A stretch of DNA of 64,000 bases from Mobula hypostoma. Lineage: Eukaryota. Shown here piece by piece: positions 24,048 to 34,040 of the stretch. Made by a program: the position numbers and the translations under genes. Location: positions 18,910,001-18,974,000 of the forward strand of contig NC_086106.1 in the NCBI RefSeq assembly GCF_963921235.1, read 5' to 3'. Each line of letters begins with the position of its first letter. Within the stretch, counting starts at the first letter, position 1. The notes under the pieces are model-generated. The model did no database searches. It saw nothing but the letters and a program-made list of their open reading frames with translations, and had not been told where the DNA came from.

Positions 24048-24104
24048 CTAAAGCCACTGTCAGCGATGTTCCTCCGCCCCAGCAGATATAATTGTCACAG
24101 TAGC
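24048..24104 (-). CDS. IGHJ: Germline-joined D-JH segment, (G)YCDNYICWGGGTSLTVAL
   Basis: WGxG motif, phase-1 donor G|GTAAGA at 24048/24047; no J-RSS, and 23 nt of D-like sequence fused directly to J. Confidence 0.88.
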
Positions 24105-24132
24105 CACAGTGATACACCGCCGTACCGCAACC
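24105..24132 (-). other. 12-RSS 5' of DJ
   Basis: Plus strand CACAGTG (24105-24111), 12-nt spacer ATACACCGCCGT, nonamer ACCGCAACC (6/9). Confidence 0.7.
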
Positions 24133-24539
24133 TCCACCCCTCTCACAACCCTCTCTGGCTGTCCTTGGAAGCGGTGAATCGGCTCTGGTCTCCAGGCGAG
24201 TAGTACATGTAACTTTCTATTCTATACGTTGCCAAGCACCCCAGCCCTTTCCCGGGACCTGTTTCACCCAGCTCATGTAGTAGTTGTTGATGTCGAACCC
24301 ACTGACCGCACAGGTCAGTCTGTGGGAATGTCCGGGCTTTACCACCGCTGACTCGGGCTGTGTCAGCACGACGGCGGACCGCACGCCCGTCAATAAAAAA
24401 GAGCAGAAATTAATAAAATGTCCCACGGGCAAAGATTCACAAAGCCTCCGAGAAACAGCCGGTCCCGGGATGGCGACAAGCCGCGGGACACCCACCTGCC
24501 AGACAAGACAGGAGGAGACTGATGAGGAATGACCCCCAT
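24133..24539 (-). pseudogene. Pseudo leader-VH copy 1
   Basis: Leader frameshift, acceptor AG changed to GG, FR2 1-nt deletion, FR3 deletion. Confidence 0.9.
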
Positions 24540-24663
24540 CGCCCTGAGAACTGAGCCGGACTTGGACGCTGTTGAGATTAGCGGCTTCAGCTCAGGCCGA
24601 CTTTCGGGGTAAAGGCCGGTGGAAGCGCCCGAAGAGCCCAATTCCAAGAGTTTTGTGCGGTTA

Positions 24664-24747
24664 GGTTTGTGTATGGAGGGATCCGCCATCTGTCACACTG
24701 TGCCATCCCATAGTATAGTCACAGTGATACACCGCCGTACGATAACC
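24664..24747 (-). other. IGHD: D segment (24703-24719, ACTATACTATGGGATGG) flanked by 12-RSS and 23-RSS
   Basis: Minus strand GGTTATCGT-12-CACTGTG [17 nt] CACAGTG-23-ACACAAACC; spacers counted exactly. Confidence 0.88.
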
Positions 24748-25182
24748 TCCGCTTCTCTCACACACTCGCAGGTTGTTCATTTGCAGATAAAAGTTCCTGC
24801 TCTCCTTGGAAGCGGTGAATCGGCTCTGGACTCCAGCCGCGAAGTACATGTAACATTCTATTCTATACGCAACCAACCACCCCAACCCTTTCCCGGGACC
24901 TGTTTCACCCAGCTCATGTAGTAGTTGTTGATATTGAACCCACTGACCGCACAGGTCAGTCTGTGGGAATGTCCGGGCTTTACCACCGCTGACTCGGGCT
25001 GTGTCAGCACGATGTCGGACCGCACGCCTGTCAATAAAAAAAAAGAGCAGAAATTAATAAAATGTCCCACGGTCAGAGGTTCACAAAGCCTCCGAGAAAC
25101 AGCCGGTCCCGGGAGGGCGACAAGCCGCGGGACACCCACCTGCCAGACAAGACAGGAGGAGACAGATGAGGAATGACCCCAT
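24748..25182 (-). pseudogene. Pseudo leader-VH copy 2
   Basis: [44 protein letters not shown] then a frameshift; leader frameshifted; no native YYC or V-RSS. Confidence 0.9.
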
Positions 25183-25306
25183 CGCCCTGAGCACTGAGCC
25201 GGACTCGGACGCTGTTGAGATTAGCGGCTTCAGCTCAGGCCGACTTTCGAGGTAAAGGCCGGTGGAAGCGTCCGAAGAGCCCAATTCCAAGAGTTTTGTG
25301 CGGTTA

Positions 25307-25390
25307 GGTTTGTGTATGGAGGGATCCGCCATCTGTCACACTGTGCCATCACATAGTACAGTCACAGTGATACACCGCCGTACGATAACC
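25307..25390 (-). other. IGHD: D segment (25346-25362, ACTGTACTATGTGATGG) flanked by 12-RSS and 23-RSS
   Basis: Minus strand GGTTATCGT-12-CACTGTG [17 nt] CACAGTG-23-ACACAAACC. Confidence 0.88.
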
Positions 25391-25826
25391 TCCGCTTCTC
25401 TCACACACTCGCAGGTTGTTCATTTGCAGATAAAAGTTGCTGCTCTCCTTGGAAGCGGTGAATCGGCTCTGAACTCCAGGCGCGTAATACTTGTAACATT
25501 CTATTCTATGCGTTGCCAACCACCCCAGCCCTTTCCCGGGACCTGTTTCACCCAGCTCATGTAGTAGTTGTTGATATCGAACCCACTGACCGCACAGGTC
25601 AGTCTGTGGGAGTCTCCGGGCTTTACCACCGCTGACTCGGGCTGTGTCAGCACGATGTCGGACCGCACGCCTGTCAATAAAAAAAGAGCAGAAATTAATA
25701 AAATGTCCTACGGTCAGAGGTTCAGAAAGCCTCCGAGAAACAGCCGGTCTCGGGAGGGCGACAAGCCGCGGGACACCCACCTGCCAGACAAGACAGGAGG
25801 AGACAGAGATAAGGAATGACCCCCAT
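25391..25826 (-). pseudogene. Pseudo leader-VH copy 3
   Basis: Intact leader [15 protein letters not shown]; the same FR2 1-nt deletion (GTCCCGGG vs GTCCCCGGG) as copies 1-2. Confidence 0.9.
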
Positions 25827-25949
25827 CACCCTGAGCACTGAGCCGGACTCGGACGCTGTTGAGATCGGCGGCTTCAGCTCAGGCCGACTTTCGGAGTAAA
25901 GGCCGGTGGAAGCGCCCGAAGAGCCCAATTCCAAGAGTTTTGTGCGGTA

Positions 25950-25988
25950 GGTTTGTGTATGGAGGGAGCAGACATCTTTCACACTGTG
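25950..25988 (-). other. 23-RSS 3' of the extended VH
   Basis: Minus strand CACAGTG (25982-25988), 23-nt spacer, ACACAAACC (25950-25958). Confidence 0.92.
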
Positions 25989-26352
25989 CCATCACATCCC
26001 ATAGTATAGCGCCTATAGTAACTCTGTATATTCTCCCAGCAATCGTAATAGCAGCCTTTCACACAGTAATAGGTGGCCGTGTCGTCCAGTCTCAGGTTGT
26101 TCATTTGCAGATAGAAGTTGCTGCTGCCCTTGGAAGCGGTGAACCGGCTCTGGATTCCAGGCGCGTAGTACTTGTAACTTTCACTATAATACGATACCAA
26201 CCACTCCAGCCCTTTCCCGGGGACCTGTCTCACCCAGTACATGTAGCGGCTGCTGATATCGAACCCACTGACCGCACAGGTCAGTCTGTGGGACTGCCCG
26301 GGCTTTACCACCGCTGACTCGGGCTGTGTCAGCACGATGTCGGACCGCACGC
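25989..26352 (-). CDS. IGHV: Intact VH exon (IgW-like) with a 74-nt germline CDR3 extension
   Basis: GVRS|[118 protein letters not shown]; TTGACAG acceptor. Confidence 0.95.
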
Positions 26353-26461
26353 CTGTCAATAAAAAAGAGCAAAATTAATAAAAATGTTCCACGGTCAGAG
26401 GTTCACAAAGTCTCCGAGAAACAGCCGGTCCCGGGAGGGCAACAGGACGCGGGACACCCAC

Positions 26462-26507
26462 CTGCCAGACAAGACAGGAGGAGACAGAGATAAGGAACGA
26501 CCCCCAT
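26462..26507 (-). CDS. VH leader exon [15 protein letters not shown](G)
   Basis: 46-nt hydrophobic exon, G|GTGGGT donor, 109-bp intron, in phase with the V exon. Confidence 0.92.
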
Positions 26508-26595
26508 CACCCTGAACACTGAGCCGGACTTGGACACTTTTGAGATCGGCGACTGCAGCTCAGGCCGGCTTTGTCCGGAGCCGCAGTGAGCGCTG

Positions 26596-26612
26596 TTTAA
26601 ATAGGGACGTGG
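26596..26612 (-). promoter_or_regulatory. VH promoter TATA-like box (TATTTAAA) with an adjacent ACGT-core motif
   Basis: TATTTAAA at 26596-26603, ~90 bp upstream of the leader ATG; present only upstream of the intact copy. Confidence 0.55.
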
Positions 26613-26917
26613 GCTGTGAGTGAGAGAGGGAGCCGCGGTTTGAACAGGCTCTCACACACTGAAACCAGAGGCGCAGCTTCCTGTCCCCACCCACAGCAGC
26701 GATTTCAATTCCCCAAAAGATGTTTGTCTCTGCAACAGGCGGCAGGTCAGCGGCGGTGACCAGATCCGGATTAAAGATCTGTCACACTCTGCTCGATTCA
26801 ACAATTTCAGCGATGAACAGTTTGTGTAAACTGAAACACAGAATCCCAGCGAGGGACAATGAGAAACACTAGCCATCTCACAGGTATCCCTCTGTAGATA
26901 GCGATCGAGAGACACCG

Positions 26918-27184
26918 GTCAGTGGACAGATATACCCTTTACAGACAGAGACGGCAAGACATTAGTTAGTGGAAAGGGACTGAGAAAAACCAGTCAGTGG
27001 ACAGATATCCCCCTGAGAGACGGACTGAAAGATACCAGTCTTTCAACATATATCCAAATATTCACCAGAGAGGCGGGCAGAAAGACACGAGAGATGACTC
27101 CCTGAGAGACAGGGACTGAGAGATACCCGTCAGTGGACAGATATTCTCCTGAGAGACACCAGTCAGTGGACAGATATCCCTCAG
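26918..27184. repeat. Imperfect repeat of CAGTCAGTGGACAGATAT
   Basis: Motif recurs four times, at ~26918, ~26992, ~27129 and ~27161. Confidence 0.7.
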
Positions 27185-27699
27185 TTAACGGGCAAATATC
27201 CTCCTTAGTGACGGTCTAGAGAGACTGGTCTGTGCAGGAAAACGTAATAAGCAACAAAAAAGAGTTACCACACAATCTTCTGACTGCACCCAATCCACAA
27301 GAATCAATGTTAAACAGGGATCCCTGGTGGAAATGGTTGGAATATACACTGACTGATCAGAAATTTTCTCTTTTGGACTTGACAACATGAATTTCAGTGC
27401 CAGGTTCCTCTCTATAAAGGGGACATCTGACCACAGACTGGTGTTTCTGAGTTCATGTCTCTAAGGGAAATATCTGTCAGTCGACAAGATCAACACAATG
27501 TGGAAGCAGATGGCGTCAATGTTCAAGGAGATCAGTGAGGCTTGTCTACATTACAGAGCTGGAAAGAAAAACAAAGAATGGATACAGTTGGAAACACAGA
27601 CAGCCTTAGAGGAAAGATGGAAAATTAGGAAGAAAGTGTTCAAAATTGTAAAAACAAACTCTCTACTTGTGTGAATCTTAACTTGACTAACTCAAAGGT

Positions 27700-29030
27700 A
27701 TTGGAATGGCAGGATTTATGAACATTTGGAGAGGTATAATACGATTAGGAATAGTCAGCATGGCTTTGTCAAGGGTAGGTCGTACCTTACGAGACTGATT
27801 GATTTTTTTGAGGATGTGAGTAAACACATTGATGAAGGAAGAGCAGTAGATGTAGTGTATATGGATTTCAGCAAGGCATTTGATAAGGTACCCCATGCCA
27901 GGCTTATTGAGAATGTAAGGAGGCAGGGGATGCAAGGAGACATTGCTTTGTGGATCCAGAAATGGCTTGCCCACAGATGGCAGAGAGTGGTTGTAGATGA
28001 GTCATATTCTGCTTGGAGTTCAGTGACCAGTGGTGTGCCTCAGAGATTTGTTCTGGGACCCTTACTCTTCATGCTTTTTATAAATGACCTGAATGAGGAA
28101 GTGGAGGGATTGGTAAGTTTGCTGATGACACAAAGGTTGGGTGTGTTGTGGATAGTGTGGAGGGCTGTCAGAGGTTACAGCGGGACATTGATAGGATGCA
28201 AAACTGGGCTGAGAAGTGTCAGATGGAGTTCAACTCAGATAAGTGTGAAGTGGTTAATTTTGAGAGGTCAAATATGATGGCAGAATATAGTATTAATGGT
28301 AAAACTCTTGGCAGTGTGGAGGATCAGAGGGCTCTTGGGGTCCGAGTCCATAGGACACTCAAAGCAGCTGCGCAGGTTGACTCTGTGGTTAGGAAGGCAT
28401 ACGGTGCATTGGCCTTCATTAATTGGGGAATTGAATTTTGAAACCAAGAGGTAATGTTGCAGCTGTATAGGACCTTGGTCAGACCACTTGGACTACTGTG
28501 CTCAGTTCTATTCGCCTCACTACAGGACAGATGTGGAAGCCATAGAAAGGGTGCAGAGGAGATTTACAAGGATGTTGCCTGGATTGGGGAGCATGCCTTA
28601 TGAAAACAGGTTGAGTGAACTCCATCTTTTCTCCTTGGAATGACAGAGGATGAGAGGTGACCTGATAGATGTGTATAAGATGATGAGAGTCATTGATCGT
28701 GTGGATAGTCAGAGGCTTTTTCCCAGGGCTGAAATGGTTGCCACAAGAGGACACAGGTTTAAAGTGCTGGGGAGTAGGTACCGAGGAGATGTCAGGGGTA
28801 AGTTTTTTATGCAGGGAGTGGTGATTGCGTGGAATGGGCTGCCAGCAACGGTGGTGGAGGCAGATACGATAGGGTCTTTTAAGAGACTTTTAGATATGTA
28901 CATGGAGCTTAGAAAAATAGAGTGCTATGGGTAAGCCTAGTAATTTCTAAGGTAGAGACATGTTCGGCACAACTTTGTGGGCCGAAGGATCTGTATTGTG
29001 CTGTAGGTTTCCTATGTTTCTATGTTTCAA
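27700..29030 (+). mobile_element. 5'-truncated CR1 LINE
   Basis: SQHGFVKGRS and YMDFSKAFDKVPH; same subfamily as 9100-10829. Confidence 0.93.
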
Positions 29031-29039
29031 TGCAAAGTC

Positions 29040-29900
29040 AACATGAATTAAGATGAAACTTCAATTGGCATTCACTGAAGCTAACAAGAAAGCGAAGAGT
29101 TTTGAAGAATGGATAAGAGAGTCTACATGGAAGACCTTGCATGGCAGCCACAGCAGCAGCCAGTCAACGTGATCGGGAAAATATATACAAGATTTCAAAA
29201 TTTGTATGCAAGAAGTTCCAAGCCAGATCCAGTAGCCCCATGAGAGGTAAGAACTGCCTGCTTTAGACAAGAGCATGAAGCACGATGGACAGGATATTTC
29301 AGAGATTTACTGAGTAGATGCAGAGGACCTTGACATCAATGCAGATCCACCCAAGAAAGAAGAGATTGTTACTGTGATTAAATCATTAAGAAACAGCAAA
29401 GCTCCAGAATATGACAATTTGAAAGCCAAACTGTTCAAAGCTGAACCAAAAGTTGCAGCAGTCATCCTGCAACCACTGTTCACTATAATCTGGGAACGGG
29501 GACAAGTGCCCACGCACTGGACAAAGGGAGTTAGGATCCCCAAGAAAGGAGCACTAAGTGATTGCAACAACCGGTGCAGCATCACACTTTTGTCCGACCA
29601 AAGTCACTGTCCAATGGATTACATCCAATGTGTGATTGAAGTTGGCTTCAGGAAAAATAGAGGCTCTGTCAACCGGATCTTCATGCTGCATAACATCACA
29701 GAACAGGTGCACAGAGTGGCAGAGACAACTGTACATACATTTCATGGACTTTGAAAAGGCTTCTGAAAGCATCCACGGGGAGAGCCTCTGCTGAATACTC
29801 AGATCATACGGGATCCCTTCCAAAATTGTCCAGCATATCTTGAGCTTGTTTGCTAATTTCACGTTTAGAGCAGGTAACGTTCTAGCCATTGCATTACAGG
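29040..29900 (+). mobile_element. Degenerate RTE-like LINE fragment
   Basis: IKSLRNSKAPEYD..QPLFTIIWE..WTKG..IPKKG.LSDCNN..ITLLS. Confidence 0.65.
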
Positions 29901-31859
29901 AATGATGTGGATTCTTTGGAAAGGTTGAAGAGTAGATTCAGTTGAGTGTTCTTTGGATCAGAACATATCAGCTGTCAGGAGAGGTTAGATAAACTTGGAC
30001 TGTTTTTGCTGGAGCTTTGGAAACAGTAGGATGGACTGATAGAAGCATGTAAATTTATGAGGAGCATTGATGGTCACAGACTTTTTTCTAGAGTAGAAAC
30101 ATTAAATGCCCAGAGGGCAGAGGTTTCTGGTGGGGGGGGGAAGTATAAATGAGATTTATGAGGCAAAATTGTAGTTGGTACCTGGAATGTGTTGCCAGAG
30201 GAACTGATAGCAACAGATAAGACAACAGGTTTGATCACTGAAGAACCAAGTGGTACCAGCAACACCTAAACTAGTCACTGTTGATTAGGTTATTCGGTGA
30301 GTAAGTGCCACTTTCCAACACTGTCAAATATGGCTCCCATCACTTTACTGAAGATTGTGTAGACGAATTGGGCCATTACTGTCTAAATAAGTTTGTCCTG
30401 TATTTCGAGAATGGACATACTGGGCAATTTTTCCCATTCTTATGCAGATGTCAGTGTTATATCTGTACTGAAGCAGTTTAGTTGAAAGCATCATTATAAT
30501 GGCGTTGGGCCAGAGCACAAATTTCCTGCTTGCAGATTAAATGATCTGAGCCAATCTCTGTTTTCTTTCCATCAGACCCAATATTTAAATTTGGTTCAAA
30601 TCAGCTTTATATTGTTACTTCTCAGAGGACAGATGTCTCCATACTTACATGGATGCCTTCTCCCTTCAGACTTTCAGTCCCATTAGTCAATCCTCTTTTC
30701 AGTAATACAAGAATTGTTTATTGGTATTGGTCCCTGAATCAAAAAAGTATTTCCATGCCTTAAGTAGCGAGCTTATTCTTTCTACAAACGTTTGTAGTAA
30801 GCCTATTTCCTCTGGAATGCCCCCTGTTCAGATTAAGTCGTCACATCTCCAACAGGAAGGTGAGAAGCAAATATGCCCTACATCACTGTCCAGTTTCATC
30901 CACCTGTCAAGAATGAAAATATGAAATGTGTTTCTGGTAAATGAACAGCTGCACACAGAGATTCTGTTCTAACTTATCCCGTGCACTGAGTGTCAGAAGG
31001 AGGTTGTTCAGCCCTCCAGTCTATTCCCTCTTAAGCTGACCTGTGTCCGAGCTCCATTTACCCTCCTTGGCTCCACATATTTTAATAATTGAACTCAAAT
31101 AAAATTCTACTAATTTTGAAGTTTCAGCTGACATCTCCCACCCCTACCTCCCCGGTCTTGACCACTTCCCAGGGAGAGTTCTATATCCTGAAGTAACAGA
31201 TTCTTTGTGTTATTCTTCTGTGTCATTCTTGAATATTTTTAAACTCCCCAATTACACTGGCCTTCAATTTTCCCACACTTCAGGGAACAAGAGACCACAT
31301 CGAATATTCTATCCCAGTCCCAGTAGCACTTCACTGGCCCTCATACACACAAGCCCCTCTCCAAGGAAGACACATCTGTCCTGAGGGGGGGATGCCAAGA
31401 ATCACAGCCAGTGCTCCAGATGTGGTCTAATTAGATCTCCACTCTATAGCAGCATAATATCCATCCCTTGTATCCCTGTTTTCCCCATTAACTGCAGCAC
31501 ATTTAGACCTTTAGCCTCAGGATTAATTAGAAACCAAACCTGCCAGTGGTCTCTCATCCAAAGTAAACCTTCTACATTCCCTCTCTGTCCATTGGGATTG
31601 ATTATTCCCTAATGGAATCTGTGTCAGTCAGCTGGAACAGCAGAAACAAGACCTCTCCAAATAACAACCTCTGTGACTGTGGGCAGTTTACCTCCTCATG
31701 TTTCTCCACCCCTGAGTATTTTCATATGTTCCTGCCTCGACCTACCATTGGCTTGTATTTATTACAGGTTGTTTAAAACTTTCCTGGCTTACGGCTGTAA
31801 GTTAAAAATCTCACAGCTGGCTATGCCATTCCAGCTCCCACTGCCTCTGTCCCATTCTG

Positions 31860-32765
31860 AATTGAGATATGGGACATGCTCCACTCTACTCTCTCTACAC
31901 CCATGACTGTGTGGCTCGGCACAGCTCAAATGCCATCTTCACATTTGTCTGTTGTTGGCAGAATCTCAGATGGTAACGAGGAGGGGTACAGAAGTGAGAT
32001 AGATCGGCTGGCTGAGTGGTGTCACAACAGTGACCTTCACTCAATGTCAGTAAGAATAATGAATCGATTGTGGCCTTTGTGAAGGGAACGTGGGGGGAAG
32101 ACACACCAGGTATCATTGAGGGATCAGCAGTGGAAAGGGTGAGAAGTTTCAAATTCCTGACTGTCAACATCGCTAAAGATCTATCCTGGGTCCAACTTAT
32201 TGATGAAGTGACAAAGAAAGAACAATAGAGGTTAAAATTCATTAGGAGTTTGAGTTGACTTGGTATGTCACCAAATACTCTTGCAAATTTTTACAGATGT
32301 ACTATGGAGAGCATTCAATGTGGTTGCATCACTATCTGGTACAGACAGGCCACTGCACAGGATCAGAAAAAGCTGCAGAGAGTTGCAAACTTAGCCAGCT
32401 CCATCATGGGCACCATCTTCCCCAGCATTGAGGATATCTTCAAAAGGCCATGCCTCAAACAGCTGGCATCCATCATTAAAGACCGACATTATACCAGACA
32501 TATTGTCTTCTTATTACTACCATCAGAGAGGAGGTACAGGAGCCTGGAGACACACACTCAAAATTTCAGGAGCAGCTTCTTCCCCTCTGCTATCAGATTT
32601 CTGAACAGGCAATAAATCAACTTATGAACACTAACTCATATTTTTGCTCTTGATTTGCATGAGTTATATATACATGTATCTCATTGTAATTGGTGATTTT
32701 ATGTGTTGCACTGTACTGCTGACACAATACAACAAATTTCACTACATACGTCAGTGATATTAAAT
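31860..32765 (+). mobile_element. Rex1/Babar-like LINE 3' fragment
   Basis: [52 protein letters not shown]. Confidence 0.75.
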
Positions 32766-33499
32766 GTGCTTCTGATACTGATGAGAGTGAAGGCAGAAAC
32801 TAGTTGAGTCTGACGATCTGATATACTTGACAGTAGGTGACCGGTCTGGGCCCAACTGCTACCACTGGAAAACAACAATTCCTGAGAAAGAGTTTGGGAT
32901 TGGGTGATGAACAGAAAAGTGAAGGGAAAATAAAGAAAGAGGAACATACAGAGAGTGAAGGAGGAAGAGGATAAGAGACAAGAAGTGGGAAAGAATGAAA
33001 TGGGGAGGAAGTGATGAGAGGGGTGACAGAAAGGGGAAAGAAGAATGAGATAGAAAAATGATATGGATATGCAGTGAGTGTGGAGAGAACAGGAGAGTGA
33101 AAGAGAGATAAAGAGAGGAAGAGATAAAGAGAGTGGGATGATTAGTGATTATTTACAATAGTTTTAATTCCCCTGAAGAATGAACCACCTTTCTCCTCCA
33201 CCCTATCAGGTATTTTAATCATTTGTAAGGTGGAAATATACTTTACCCTTCAACCTTCTCATGACCCTCCTTTCCAGGGTGTATTTGAGCATCTAAACCT
33301 TTCACATCTTACTAATGAGGTCAAAATGTCCCCCTGTTTTCACAGGAAAGAGCCCAAAAGTTGAATCCAGTACATTCCAGCATCAAGGAGACAGTGAGAG
33401 ACTCTATTGGGAGAATTTCATGGGACCAGGTAAGAGCAGTGTGCAGATTGCTTTTTGTCCAAGTTAAAGCATAGGTTTTCATGCCTACATTAACCTGGG

Positions 33500-34040
33500 T
33501 GAAACTTCTTGAACCCTCAGTTCTGGTTGCTCCATTGTAAGGATGTGGAGGCTTTGGAGAGGGTGAAAAAGACGTCCACAAGCACATTGCCTGGATTAGA
33601 GAATATTAGCTGTAAGGAGAGGTTGAACAATCGTTGACTGTTTACTCCGGAGCGTAGGCTGAGAGGCAACCTGAGCGAGGCTTATAAAAGTGTAAGAGTC
33701 ATCGATAAGGTTGACAGTCAGAGTCATTTTCCCAGGGTAAAACATCATATCCAAAAGGACAGAGATTTAAGATGAGGTGTATAACATTCAAAGGAGATTT
33801 GTGGGTTGTATTTTTACACAGAGAGTGACAGCTGCCTGGAATGCACTGGCAGGAGTGGTGGTGAATCAGCATGATAGTACAGTTGAGACACATTTGAAAA
33901 AGCACATGACCATTCAGGATATGGAGGGATATGGATTCTGTGCAGATAGTTCCGTTCAGATTAATTTGGTGTTGTAGTTGTCACAGTCATCATGGGCTGA
34001 AGGTCCTGTTCCTGTGCTGTACTGTTCTGTGTTGTAGGTT
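33500..34040 (+). mobile_element. Degenerate CR1 3' fragment
   Basis: Nucleotide similarity to the CR1 3' ends elsewhere (..TTTTTACACAGAGAGTG..GGAATGCACTG..AAGGTCCTGTTCCTGTGCTGTA). Confidence 0.7.

Noticed and set aside
24048-26580. Tandem V array as an assembly artefact
   Set aside because: The copies differ in leader indels, splice acceptor, D sequence, CDRs and FR3 deletion, so they are not collapsed or duplicated reads; long-read confirmation is still advisable
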